From Candidatus Bipolaricaulota bacterium (GTDB lineage Bacteria > Bipolaricaulota > Bipolaricaulia > M55B111): a DNA stretch of 62,202 nucleotides. The notes beneath the pieces are model-generated. The model had not been told where the DNA came from and ran no database searches. It was given only the letters and a program-made list of their open reading frames with translations. Where the stretch lies: contig JAGXKX010000003.1 in NCBI GenBank assembly GCA_018335015.1, forward strand, positions 1-62,202, in the 5' to 3' direction. This document shows, in pieces, positions 10,099 through 19,056 of the stretch (positions are counted from its first letter, which is position 1; every line of letters starts with the position of its first letter). A program made the translations under genes and the position numbers.

Positions 10099-12132
10099 AT
10101 GAATAGTTCCGACGAATTACTGAAAGAATTAAACCCTGAACAGATTAGCGCTGTGACTCACCACGAGGGTCCGTTGTTGGTTCTTTCGGGAGCCGGGAGT
10201 GGTAAGACGAGGGTAATTACTCACCGGGCGGCTTATTTAATTGACCATTTTGGAGTTTACCCATCAAATATCCTTGGACTTACATTTACCAACAAGGCGG
10301 CTGACGAAATGAACGAACGCCTGGAACACTTATTACCCCGTCAGCTGGCCGGTAGTTCTCCCTGGCTTGGTACCTTTCACGCACTCGGGGCTCAGCTACT
10401 TCGTGATCTTGTCGAAGAACTTGGCAAAGGTTATGATAGGTACTTCACTATCTACGACCAGTCCGACCAGAAGAAGGCGATAAAAGAAACGATGGTGGAG
10501 CTGGATATTTCTACTGAGGAGTTCCAGCCCGGCGTTATAGCGTCTTTCATCAACGATGCTAAAAACGACCTGGCCGGACCGAACGAATTTAGGTCGGAAA
10601 AAGCGGGCGATATAGACGATTACACGCTGAGGGTGGTTAGCAGGGTATACAATAGCTATCAGGAAAAGCTGGAGGAGTGGAACGGTGTTGACTTTGGTGA
10701 TTTGATAAGACTTCCCACGGTGTTGCTCGAGAAAGACCTGGAATCCGTTCGGAGGTGGAGAGAAAGATTCAAGTTCCTCCTCGTAGACGAGTACCAGGAT
10801 ACGAATCACGCTCAGTACGTTCTGGCCAGCCAGCTGGCTGCCCCGGAGAACAATATCTGCGTGGTAGGGGACGATGATCAGGCCATTTTTAGCTGGAGAG
10901 GGGCGGACGTAAGTAATCTTCTGGAGTTTGAAGAGGACTACCCCGAGGCAAAGGTAGTCCACCTATCAAAAAATTACCGGTCCAAGAAGCCTATACTGAG
11001 GGCGGCAAACGCGATAATAAAAAATAATAAGCTAAGGAAACAAAAGAAAATGGAACCGGAGCGGGGTGAGGGAAAATCCCTAGCGGTCTACAATGCCTCC
11101 GATGAGGAAGACGAAGCTGAGTTTCTCGTCCGGCAAATAAAGAGGCTCAGGGAAAATGGGGTAGAGCTGGGCGAAATCTCAGTCCTGTACAGAGTTAACC
11201 CTCTATCACGTGGAATCGAGAAGAAACTGGTAAAGCGTAACATTCCCTACGAAATAGTTCGAGGAACCAGGTTCTACGAAAGGAAAGAAGTAAAGGACGT
11301 ATTGGCATATTTAAGGGTTATATGCAACCCTCATGACGATCTTCATCTCCTCCGAATAATCAATACTCCCCGTAGAGGGATAGGATCAAAAACCGAGGAG
11401 GAAATTAGGAGATCGGCCCGAAGGCGCGGGGCATCCGTGTGGGACGTTCTGACGAGCGAAGACGAACTTTCAGGTCTTTCGAGTCGGCAGGAATCCAGGC
11501 TGGAGGCTTTTAGGGACCTGATCCAGGGACTAAGGGAGCGAAGGGGTGAGGGAGATCTGGTTGACTACGTAAAATGGATGGTTTCGGAGATCGGCTATTT
11601 CACTTTCCTGGAAAAAGAATACGATCAGGAATCGGCGGAAGACAGGAGGAACAACGTCCGCGAACTGATCGGTCAGATAAAGGAGACAGAAGATGAGACG
11701 CTGGATCTCGAGGAGTTTCTGGAGAACGTTGCTCTTGAGTCCGACGTGGATAGTTACGAGGACCGAAATAACAAAGTATCTTTATTGACGTTACACTCTG
11801 CCAAAGGACTCGAGTTTGGTTACGTATTTATGGTTGCGATGGAGGACGGGTTATTACCTCATAAAAGGTCGCTTGAAGAAGGAGGGATGGAAGAGGAGAG
11901 GCGTCTTTGTTACGTAGGCCTGACGAGGGCAAAAAACAGGGCCTTCCTTAGTTATACCGATAGCAGGTTTCTCTACGGACAAAGGTTCAGCCACTTACCT
12001 TCCCGGTTTCTGGAGGAGATTCCTGACGAGGAGAAGAGGCCCGTAGAAAGCGAGTTCGACGTTTTTTCCTCGGAGATGGGTGGGTCGAGAGTTAGCGGTG
12101 GCGGAGGCGACTGGAAGGACTTTATAAAATGA
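10099..12132 (+). CDS. pcrA: ATP-dependent DNA helicase PcrA/UvrD (SF1)
   Basis: LNPEQ, GAGSGKTRV (motif I), LLVDEYQDTN (motif II), VGDDDQAIFSWRGA, NYRS, LHSAKGLEF and YVGLTRA. Confidence 0.93.
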   Translation: MNSSDELLKELNPEQISAVTHHEGPLLVLSGAGSGKTRVITHRAAYLIDHFGVYPSNILGLTFTNKAADEMNERLEHLLPRQLAGSSPWLGTFHALGAQLLRDLVEELGKGYDRYFTIYDQSDQKKAIKETMVELDISTEEFQPGVIASFINDAKNDLAGPNEFRSEKAGDIDDYTLRVVSRVYNSYQEKLEEWNGVDFGDLIRLPTVLLEKDLESVRRWRERFKFLLVDEYQDTNHAQYVLASQLAAPENNICVVGDDDQAIFSWRGADVSNLLEFEEDYPEAKVVHLSKNYRSKKPILRAANAIIKNNKLRKQKKMEPERGEGKSLAVYNASDEEDEAEFLVRQIKRLRENGVELGEISVLYRVNPLSRGIEKKLVKRNIPYEIVRGTRFYERKEVKDVLAYLRVICNPHDDLHLLRIINTPRRGIGSKTEEEIRRSARRRGASVWDVLTSEDELSGLSSRQESRLEAFRDLIQGLRERRGEGDLVDYVKWMVSEIGYFTFLEKEYDQESAEDRRNNVRELIGQIKETEDETLDLEEFLENVALESDVDSYEDRNNKVSLLTLHSAKGLEFGYVFMVAMEDGLLPHKRSLEEGGMEEERRLCYVGLTRAKNRAFLSYTDSRFLYGQRFSHLPSRFLEEIPDEEKRPVESEFDVFSSEMGGSRVSGGGGDWKDFIK

Positions 12133-12133
12133 G

Positions 12134-12161
12134 TTGAAATCGTTCCCGCCTGCCTTATAAT
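12134..12161 (+). promoter_or_regulatory. candidate sigma70-type promoter
   Basis: TTGAAA (12134-12139)-16 nt-TATAAT (12156-12161), directly after the pcrA stop. It would give a ~175-nt leader before the Zn-ribbon gene. Confidence 0.45.
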
Positions 12162-12340
12162 TGGTGAGCAGTTTCGTTAAGTTAACTTAATGCTTTTATT
12201 CTTATCTATTTTCGTGCACCAACCTTGATTTGGTACCAAAAAGTAGAAAAAAGCAGTCAATATTATGGACTTTAGGGCAAGATAGGGTAGCTGTTTCCGA
12301 ATCGGGTAAATTAGGTTTTATGGAAGAGATGGAGGAATTT

Positions 12341-12631
12341 ATGCCTTTATATAAGTATCGCTGTACCGAATGTGACAACACCTTCAAGGTCCTGCAAAGA
12401 AACGGTAAGAAGGACGAAGAGCCTGAGTGTCCGGTTTGTGGAACCGAGGAAACGGAGAGAGTAATTTCGAGTGTCGGAATCAGGTTTAAAGGCAGTGGTT
12501 TTTACAGAACGGATTACGGCAATAGTAGTTATAAAGGTAACGGCAGTAACGAAGGGGCAGAAGGTAACGGTAAGAATTCCGGAGAGACAGGCAAGAGCGA
12601 GAAAGAGGGGGCAAGCCAAGGAGAAGATTGA
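12341..12631 (+). CDS. FmdB-family zinc-ribbon protein
   Basis: MPLYKYRCTECDNTF...CPVCG is the CxxC_CxxC_SSSS signature; low-complexity G/N/E tail. ATG 12341 is preceded by GGAGGA (12331-12336), so the longer track ORF from 12230 is unlikely. Confidence 0.85.
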   Translation: MPLYKYRCTECDNTFKVLQRNGKKDEEPECPVCGTEETERVISSVGIRFKGSGFYRTDYGNSSYKGNGSNEGAEGNGKNSGETGKSEKEGASQGED

Positions 12632-13060
12632 CCGGTTGATTAGTTTCTATAATAATTTTTCGGTTTCCCGGGTTAGAGGTGATTGTGCCTTAAAACCCGA
12701 TCCAGGTTGGAAAGTAGGTAGATCCTGAATAATAGGGGTATTCATTGTTTTCTTTTCCCGGTTTTCTCGCAGGAATTTAAACTGATAAATTATTACATAT
12801 TGACTGAAAACTTTCCTAGACCGTAAATTCCATTTACTGTTCGGGACCAAATAAATTTACGGAGTTTTGGTTTTTCTGCTGGTTTATCCTGAGTAGCGGA
12901 GAATTATTGGGTATTCTAAACTTAACACTTTATTTTTCACTCTGTACTGTACAAAGGATAGATCATAACTATCAATAGGTGCCTTTCTATCGGAAATATT
13001 GCCATCATAAAAAATTCCTGGCAAACGGTTGGTTTAACATTAGTAGCGAGGTGATTGCGG

Positions 13061-16000
13061 ATGTTGTCTGGTGACGATGTCGAGGAAGTAAAATTAATGT
13101 TTGCTTCCCCGGAAGAGATCAGGAGATGGTCTCACGGTGAGGTTACTGAATCCGAGACGATAAATTATAGAACTCACAAGCCCGAAAAGGGTGGATTATA
13201 CGCCGAGGAAATTTTCGGGCCTGAAGAGGATTACAAGTGTGCCTGTGGTAAATACGAGGGCAAGAAATATGAGGGAATAACCTGCGAAAAATGCGGGGTT
13301 CTGGTTACGGACTCTTCGGTCAGGCGGAAAAACATGGGCCATATCGAACTCGCGAGTCCCGTTATTCATTTCTGGTTTCTCAAGGGGATATCCAGTCCGC
13401 TGAGCAAGCTATTGGATATAAAAAAGAAAACACTGAGAAAAATTGCTTACTACGAAGCAGAGACGACGCTTGAGGATATTTCGATCGTTACCTCCACGGA
13501 AAACGACAAAATAAGGGAAGGCGAACGCCTCTATAGTTCTGAGCTGGAAATACTATCCAGACACCTGGATTTTGAGATGGAGAACGGTATCGTAATAAAT
13601 GATGCACCGAAGATCACCGCGGGCGAAGCCGGAGAAGTATCGATAGACCACAAAAAGTTACAAAACGGAGAAGGCATAGCTGTTGTTTCGATAGGTGAAG
13701 AGGAATTTCCCGTATCCGAGGAAGTGATTCTCGAGGTTAGCGACGGGGACGAGGTCGAGGAAGAGGATTTAATTGCCGAGACTCCTGTAGGTGAGATCTG
13801 CTCGGAAACGTTCTATGAAATGGCAAAATCCCGTTACGGGGACGCCATCGAGTCCGAGGAAGCCCAGGAAGAAGTCGACAACCTCGCCTTTTTGGTGACC
13901 TCCGTGGAGAACGAAGAGGTTCCTCTGGATGTAGGGCAAAAGATTGCTCAGCTCGAAAAGGAAGCCTACGAGAGATTGTATCCTGCCGGTTTTTCGGCCT
14001 TTACTGGTGCGAAAGGGATAAAGGGCCTCTTGGAGAATATCGATCTGGAAGAGCTAAGCCAATCCCTAAGTGACCGGTTGAATAAAGAAACCTCGAAAAC
14101 AGCAAAGAATAAGTTATCAAAAAGACTTAGCGTAGTAGAGAAACTCCGAGATTCGGGAAACAAATCTAGCTACATTGCCCTGGATGCAATACCGGTACTA
14201 CCTCCAGACCTCAGGCCGATAGTCCACCTTGAAGGTGGAAAGTTTGCCACGACCGACCTCAACGACCTCTATCGAAGGATCATAAACAGAAACAACCGAT
14301 TGAAACGTCTCGAGGACATGGGAGCTCCCGAGGTTATTCTCAGAAACGAGCGTCGGATGCTCCAGGAGTCCGTGGATGCTATTATTCATAATGAAAAGAA
14401 AAATACACCCATCAGAGGAAAAGACGATCGTCCTCTCAAGTCTCTTTCGGACAGGATATCCGGCAAGCATGGAAGGTTAAGACGGAACCTGCTGGGGAGA
14501 CGGGTGGATTATTCCGGCCGAGCAGTTATCGTGGTGGACCCGGAACTCAAACTCTGGGAGTGTGGAGTACCGAAGAAGATGGCTCTGGAACTTTTCAAGC
14601 CTTTCGTGACAAGGTATCTGGATGACACTACATATTCGGATTACAACGAAGTGAAAAACAAGGCTCTCGCGGGAAAGATGCCCGACGTCTGGAATTACCT
14701 GGAGGAACTGCTAAAAGAGAGGCCGGTACTGCTTAACCGAGCTCCCACGCTTCACCGGCTGGGAATCGAGGCTTTTGAACCGAAATTAGTCGACGGCGAC
14801 GCCATACATATTCACCCTCACGTCTGTCCTCCCTACAACGCGGACTTTGACGGGGATCAGATGGCAATTCATATTCCGTTAACGAGGGAAGCGGTGAATG
14901 AATCGAGAGATATAATGCTCTCGTCGAAAAATCTGCTTTCTCCCGCTTATGGGGGACCACTCACCAAACCGACTCAGGATCAGATTTACGCTTATTACTA
15001 TCTTACCGAAATAGACGAAGAAGGCGAGGGAAAGGACAAGTACTTTGCCAGCCTTCAGGAAGCAAAAAGGGCGTATGAGAACGAGGTAATTAGCCTTCAC
15101 GCACCTATAAAGATAAGAATAGACGGTGAGATAGTGGATACAACCCTCGGAAGGGCGAAGTTAAACGAGCTATTCCCACCCGATCTCAGGGATTACGGTA
15201 AGAGGTTCGAATCTTCCGATATTTCCGACCTTTTGATGAAGGTTTACGAGAACTACGGCAACGAACGGGTAGTTAGTTTACTGGACAACCTGAAGGAACT
15301 TGGCTTTTCGGAAGCGACTCAATCGGCACTTACTATTTCTACGACCGACTGTATCGCTCCGGAAGAGAAGGATTCCATTCTAGAGCACGCCATGGACAGG
15401 GTTAGAGAAGTGAATGAGATGTTTGAGCGAGGTCTAGCTTCCGAGGAAGAAAGATCCTCCACGATCGTCGACATATGGCACGAAACGGTGGACGAGATCG
15501 AGGAAGCTACCATGAGCAACTTTGCGGAAAATAAGTTCAACTCTCTTCAGATGATGGTCGGTTCCGGGGCTCGAGGAAGCGCCGATCAGGTTAAGCAATT
15601 GGCGGGTATGCGTGGGCTCATGGCAGATCCCTCCGGCGACGTAATAGAAATGCCCGTGAAATCGAACTTCCGGGAGGGGCTGGATATGATGGAGTACTTT
15701 ATATCCACACACGGTGGAAGAAAAGGAACCGCCGATACTGCACTGAAGACGGCCGATTCCGGCTACCTGACGCGGAGACTAGTCGAAGCTGTTTCGAATA
15801 TCGTGGTTCGCGAGTCGGACTGTGGAACCAATAGAGGTCTCGAAATAGATCCTCTGAGATACGACGGGGGAGAATTGATGGAAGGTATAGAGGAGAGGGT
15901 CTACGGAAAGATACTGGCTGAACCCGTTATCGATCCGGATGACGGTAGCGTGATGGGAAAAGAAGGCGAGTTGGTGAGTAAGGAACTCGCGTCCCGGCTG

Positions 16001-18043
16001 GCCAACAAGCAAGTAGCGGTCGAGCTTACCGACGAGGGTCTCGAGAAGATAATGGGTACCAGCAGCCTGGAAGACATCCGGGATCCGGAAAGCGGCAACG
16101 TAATTGTGGAGAGTGATGAAGTTATAGGTCCGGTCGAACGGGATAAACTGGAAATAAGTGCCGTAGATGAGATCGAGGTGCGCCCGCGGATTGTAGTAAG
16201 GTCGCCGGTGACCTGCGAAACCGAGAAAGGCGTCTGCCAGCAGTGTTATGGCATGGACCTATCGAATCACGAGCTGGTGGATAAAGGAGAAGCTGCAGGA
16301 ATAATTGCCGCTCAGTCAATTGGTGAACCTGGAACCCAGCTGACAATGAGGACGTTCCACTCGGGCGGTGTTGCGGGTGAAGACATAACTCAGGGACTTC
16401 CAAGAGCTGAAGAACTATTTGAAGCACGGAAGACGACTAAGAGTGCCCAGGCCACTATCACTGACATCGAGGGCCATATCACGGAAATGAGGGACACGGA
16501 AGAGGGTAAGAGTATAGAAATTGAAGGAGAGCCTCAGGAATTGATGGTGCCTTCGTCCCTCTGTCTGGTGGAACCCGACGAGGAAGCTAACCTCTCGGAT
16601 ATCGTCGACAATACAAGCCCTCACGCCGGCACGGTTAGAATAGTAGAGGAAGAGGGCCAGACGGTTATGTATCTTCTGATGAGCCGTTCGGACGTTTATT
16701 ACGAGTTACCTGACGGGTTGGAGATAGATAAGGAGTCGGGTGATTTTGTAGAAAAAGGAGACGTTCTCTCCGATAAAGTCGAACTCGACCAGGTATTTGC
16801 GAAGAAAAGCGGGACGGTCGAGGAGATAAATAAAAGCAAACGCCTGATTTCACTGACCGACGACGAAGGCAACGTGGTAGACCACCTCATTCCTCCCATG
16901 GCCAAGCCACTCGTCGAGGAGGGAGAAGGGGTCGAAGAGGATGAAAAGCTCATCGACTTGAAGAGTTCTGATAAGCTCACAGCCGATAAGTCAGGCGTCT
17001 TAGTAATTGCTGAAAATTCGGTAATTATATTTCAGCCTGAGGATGGGCGGAAGAGGATTCCACTCTCAGAGGCGATGATTCCGGAAGTCGTGGACGGAGA
17101 AGAAGTAAAGAAGGGCAAATCACTATTTTCCATCGACAGACCGGCTGATAGAAGACTGATTGTTGAAGAAGTGGAAGAAGTAAGTGAGGATTTCGCCCGG
17201 GTGGAATACCGATACCGTGAAGAAGTCAATATTACCCACTCACCCGTGGTGGAAATGGGAGATAAAGTCAAGCCGGGCGAACAACTTTCCAAGGGAGTAA
17301 TCCCGCCTCACAACTTGCTGGACAAAGCAGGGGTAGAGAGGACTTACGAATACCTGCTTACCGAGATCCAGAAGGTTTATAAGAGCCAGGGAGTGGACAT
17401 TAACGATACCCACGTCGAGATTATTATTGCCCAGATGTTGAATAACGTGATCGTAAGTAACAGAGGAGACTCCGATCTGACTCAAAACGAATTGATTACT
17501 CTGGAAGAATTTAGGAACGTAGTTAAAGTGCTAAGGGAAAAGAACGAGAAAGTCAGGCAAAATCGGAGGGAAATACTGGGAAGGGAAATAGCTAAAGACG
17601 TTAAAAAGGGTAAGCGTTTGATAGCGCGAGAAGAGGAAACTGTCACGGAAGACGTGCTGGAATACGCGACTGAGTCAGGTGTGAAAGAAATCCCCGTGAT
17701 CATGGACGGCGAAGTCAGTAATTTACGGGTAAAGGAGTTCCAGTTACCCGAGGCTGACAGACAACTCTTGAGGATATCCAAATCAGCTCTCAAGACCAAA
17801 GGCTGGCTTTCCGCGGCTTCGTTCCAGAGAACAACATCCGCACTGACCAATGCAGCTTTGAGCGGTCAATCCGATGAACTGAAGGGACTTAAGCCCAACA
17901 TAATTGTAGGAAAGAAGGTTTCTGTTGGAACTGGCTTCAAAGACGAAGAAGGCGAAGAAGAGGAGATGCCGGAGGAAGAGGAAAAGGACGAGACTGGAGA
18001 GGGGGAAGAGGAGCTAAGCCCCGTGGATTCTAAGTCAGCTTGA
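13061..18043 (+). CDS. rpoC: DNA-directed RNA polymerase subunit beta-prime
   Basis: ASPEEIRRWSHGEV, Zn-binding CxCGKY...CEKCGV, NADFDGDQMA active site, RTFHSGGVAGEDITQGLPRAEELFEAR trigger loop, and conserved C-terminal blocks. ATG 13061 has GAGGTG 7 nt upstream (alternative TTG 13055). Confidence 0.95.
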   Translation: MLSGDDVEEVKLMFASPEEIRRWSHGEVTESETINYRTHKPEKGGLYAEEIFGPEEDYKCACGKYEGKKYEGITCEKCGVLVTDSSVRRKNMGHIELASPVIHFWFLKGISSPLSKLLDIKKKTLRKIAYYEAETTLEDISIVTSTENDKIREGERLYSSELEILSRHLDFEMENGIVINDAPKITAGEAGEVSIDHKKLQNGEGIAVVSIGEEEFPVSEEVILEVSDGDEVEEEDLIAETPVGEICSETFYEMAKSRYGDAIESEEAQEEVDNLAFLVTSVENEEVPLDVGQKIAQLEKEAYERLYPAGFSAFTGAKGIKGLLENIDLEELSQSLSDRLNKETSKTAKNKLSKRLSVVEKLRDSGNKSSYIALDAIPVLPPDLRPIVHLEGGKFATTDLNDLYRRIINRNNRLKRLEDMGAPEVILRNERRMLQESVDAIIHNEKKNTPIRGKDDRPLKSLSDRISGKHGRLRRNLLGRRVDYSGRAVIVVDPELKLWECGVPKKMALELFKPFVTRYLDDTTYSDYNEVKNKALAGKMPDVWNYLEELLKERPVLLNRAPTLHRLGIEAFEPKLVDGDAIHIHPHVCPPYNADFDGDQMAIHIPLTREAVNESRDIMLSSKNLLSPAYGGPLTKPTQDQIYAYYYLTEIDEEGEGKDKYFASLQEAKRAYENEVISLHAPIKIRIDGEIVDTTLGRAKLNELFPPDLRDYGKRFESSDISDLLMKVYENYGNERVVSLLDNLKELGFSEATQSALTISTTDCIAPEEKDSILEHAMDRVREVNEMFERGLASEEERSSTIVDIWHETVDEIEEATMSNFAENKFNSLQMMVGSGARGSADQVKQLAGMRGLMADPSGDVIEMPVKSNFREGLDMMEYFISTHGGRKGTADTALKTADSGYLTRRLVEAVSNIVVRESDCGTNRGLEIDPLRYDGGELMEGIEERVYGKILAEPVIDPDDGSVMGKEGELVSKELASRLANKQVAVELTDEGLEKIMGTSSLEDIRDPESGNVIVESDEVIGPVERDKLEISAVDEIEVRPRIVVRSPVTCETEKGVCQQCYGMDLSNHELVDKGEAAGIIAAQSIGEPGTQLTMRTFHSGGVAGEDITQGLPRAEELFEARKTTKSAQATITDIEGHITEMRDTEEGKSIEIEGEPQELMVPSSLCLVEPDEEANLSDIVDNTSPHAGTVRIVEEEGQTVMYLLMSRSDVYYELPDGLEIDKESGDFVEKGDVLSDKVELDQVFAKKSGTVEEINKSKRLISLTDDEGNVVDHLIPPMAKPLVEEGEGVEEDEKLIDLKSSDKLTADKSGVLVIAENSVIIFQPEDGRKRIPLSEAMIPEVVDGEEVKKGKSLFSIDRPADRRLIVEEVEEVSEDFARVEYRYREEVNITHSPVVEMGDKVKPGEQLSKGVIPPHNLLDKAGVERTYEYLLTEIQKVYKSQGVDINDTHVEIIIAQMLNNVIVSNRGDSDLTQNELITLEEFRNVVKVLREKNEKVRQNRREILGREIAKDVKKGKRLIAREEETVTEDVLEYATESGVKEIPVIMDGEVSNLRVKEFQLPEADRQLLRISKSALKTKGWLSAASFQRTTSALTNAALSGQSDELKGLKPNIIVGKKVSVGTGFKDEEGEEEEMPEEEEKDETGEGEEELSPVDSKSA

Positions 18044-18068
18044 CAATAAAAAGGGGCTAGCTTATAAT
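18040..18068 (+). promoter_or_regulatory. consensus sigma70 promoter for the rpsL (str) operon
   Basis: Perfect TTGACA (18040-18045)-17 nt-TATAAT (18063-18068). The -35 box overlaps the rpoC TGA stop, and the site lies ~34 nt upstream of the rpsL ATG. Confidence 0.65.
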
Positions 18069-18101
18069 TTCTGGCACTTACAGGAGTGATGAGAAGACGA
18101 T

Positions 18102-18473
18102 ATGCCGACGATTAATCAGTTAGTGAGGAAAGGAAGATCGAGTAAAAAGAAGAAAACTAGCTCCCGGGCTCTGGACGGTTGTCCCCAGAAACGAGGAGTA
18201 GTAACAAGGGTATATACCAGAACTCCGAAAAAGCCGAACTCGGCGTTGAGAAAAGTTGCCCGAGTCAGGTTGAGTAACGGTAAAGAAGTTACGGCTTATA
18301 TTCCTGGCGAAGGTCACGAACTGCAGGAACACGCCGTAGTGCTAGTCAGAGGTGGCAGAGTTAAAGATTTGCCGGGAGTAAGATATCACATTGTTCGCGG
18401 AGCTTATGACGTAACTGGTGTAGATGGACGGAAGCAGGGCCGGTCTAAATATGGAACAAAGAAGCCGAGTTAG
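18102..18473 (+). CDS. rpsL: 30S ribosomal protein S12
   Basis: [12 protein letters not shown]...[16 protein letters not shown]. Confidence 0.98.
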   Translation: MPTINQLVRKGRSSKKKKTSSRALDGCPQKRGVVTRVYTRTPKKPNSALRKVARVRLSNGKEVTAYIPGEGHELQEHAVVLVRGGRVKDLPGVRYHIVRGAYDVTGVDGRKQGRSKYGTKKPS

Positions 18474-18485
18474 GAGGATGGGTTA

Positions 18486-18944
18486 ATGGGATTGCCTGGA
18501 CGTGACGTAAACCAAGATATTAAGCACGGTAGCAAGTTGGTAGGGAAGTTTGCAAACTATATAATGCAGGACGGTAACAAAAACCTTGCATTCAAAATTA
18601 TTTACAAGGCTTTTTCTCTAATTGAAGAGAGAGAAGGGGAGCCTGGGGTAAAGGTTTTCCGAGAAGCGATAGATAATATTTCGCCCGAGCTGGAGACCAG
18701 AAGCCGAAGAGTTGGAGGGGCAAATTATCAGGTGCCCTACGAAGTATCATCCGATAGACAGGTTGCGCTCTCCTTCCGCTGGTTGGTTGACGTTGCTTCG
18801 TCTAGAAACGAACCCCGGATGGAAGAGCGCCTGGCGAGCGAAATTATATTGGCCAGCAACAAGGAAGGGGAAGCTTACGAGAGAAAGCTTGAATCCCACC
18901 GCCGCGCAGAGGCAAATAAGGCCTTTGCCCATTATCGCTGGTAA
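18486..18944 (+). CDS. rpsG: 30S ribosomal protein S7
   Basis: VETRSRRVGGANYQVP and AFAHYRW C-terminus; follows rpsL. Confidence 0.97.
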   Translation: MGLPGRDVNQDIKHGSKLVGKFANYIMQDGNKNLAFKIIYKAFSLIEEREGEPGVKVFREAIDNISPELETRSRRVGGANYQVPYEVSSDRQVALSFRWLVDVASSRNEPRMEERLASEIILASNKEGEAYERKLESHRRAEANKAFAHYRW

Positions 18945-19056
18945 ATCTTCGGCGATTCGAAATTAATCCGGTTTTATCTTCATAAAGACCTTTTCAACTG
19001 GGAAAGGGTATTTGTGTATCATGGGTGCTTTTAAGAATTTATAGGAATCTATAATT

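Noticed and set aside
12230-12340. N-terminal 37-codon extension of the FmdB-family ORF given in the track.
   Set aside because: The family invariably begins M-x-x-Y-x-Y-x-C. ATG 12341 has a GGAGGA RBS, while the upstream start has none.
12647-12850. 67-aa minus-strand ORF in the rpoC upstream leader.
   Set aside because: It has no RBS and AT-rich low-complexity sequence, and it would run head-on into the FmdB gene terminator region. I treat the region as non-coding.
13291-17850. Many 60-120 aa ORFs on both strands inside rpoC (e.g. 14198-14470, 16122-16427, 17482-17850).
   Set aside because: They lie entirely within a strongly supported, motif-rich CDS. They have low-complexity S/L/R-rich translations typical of antisense or out-of-frame shadows.
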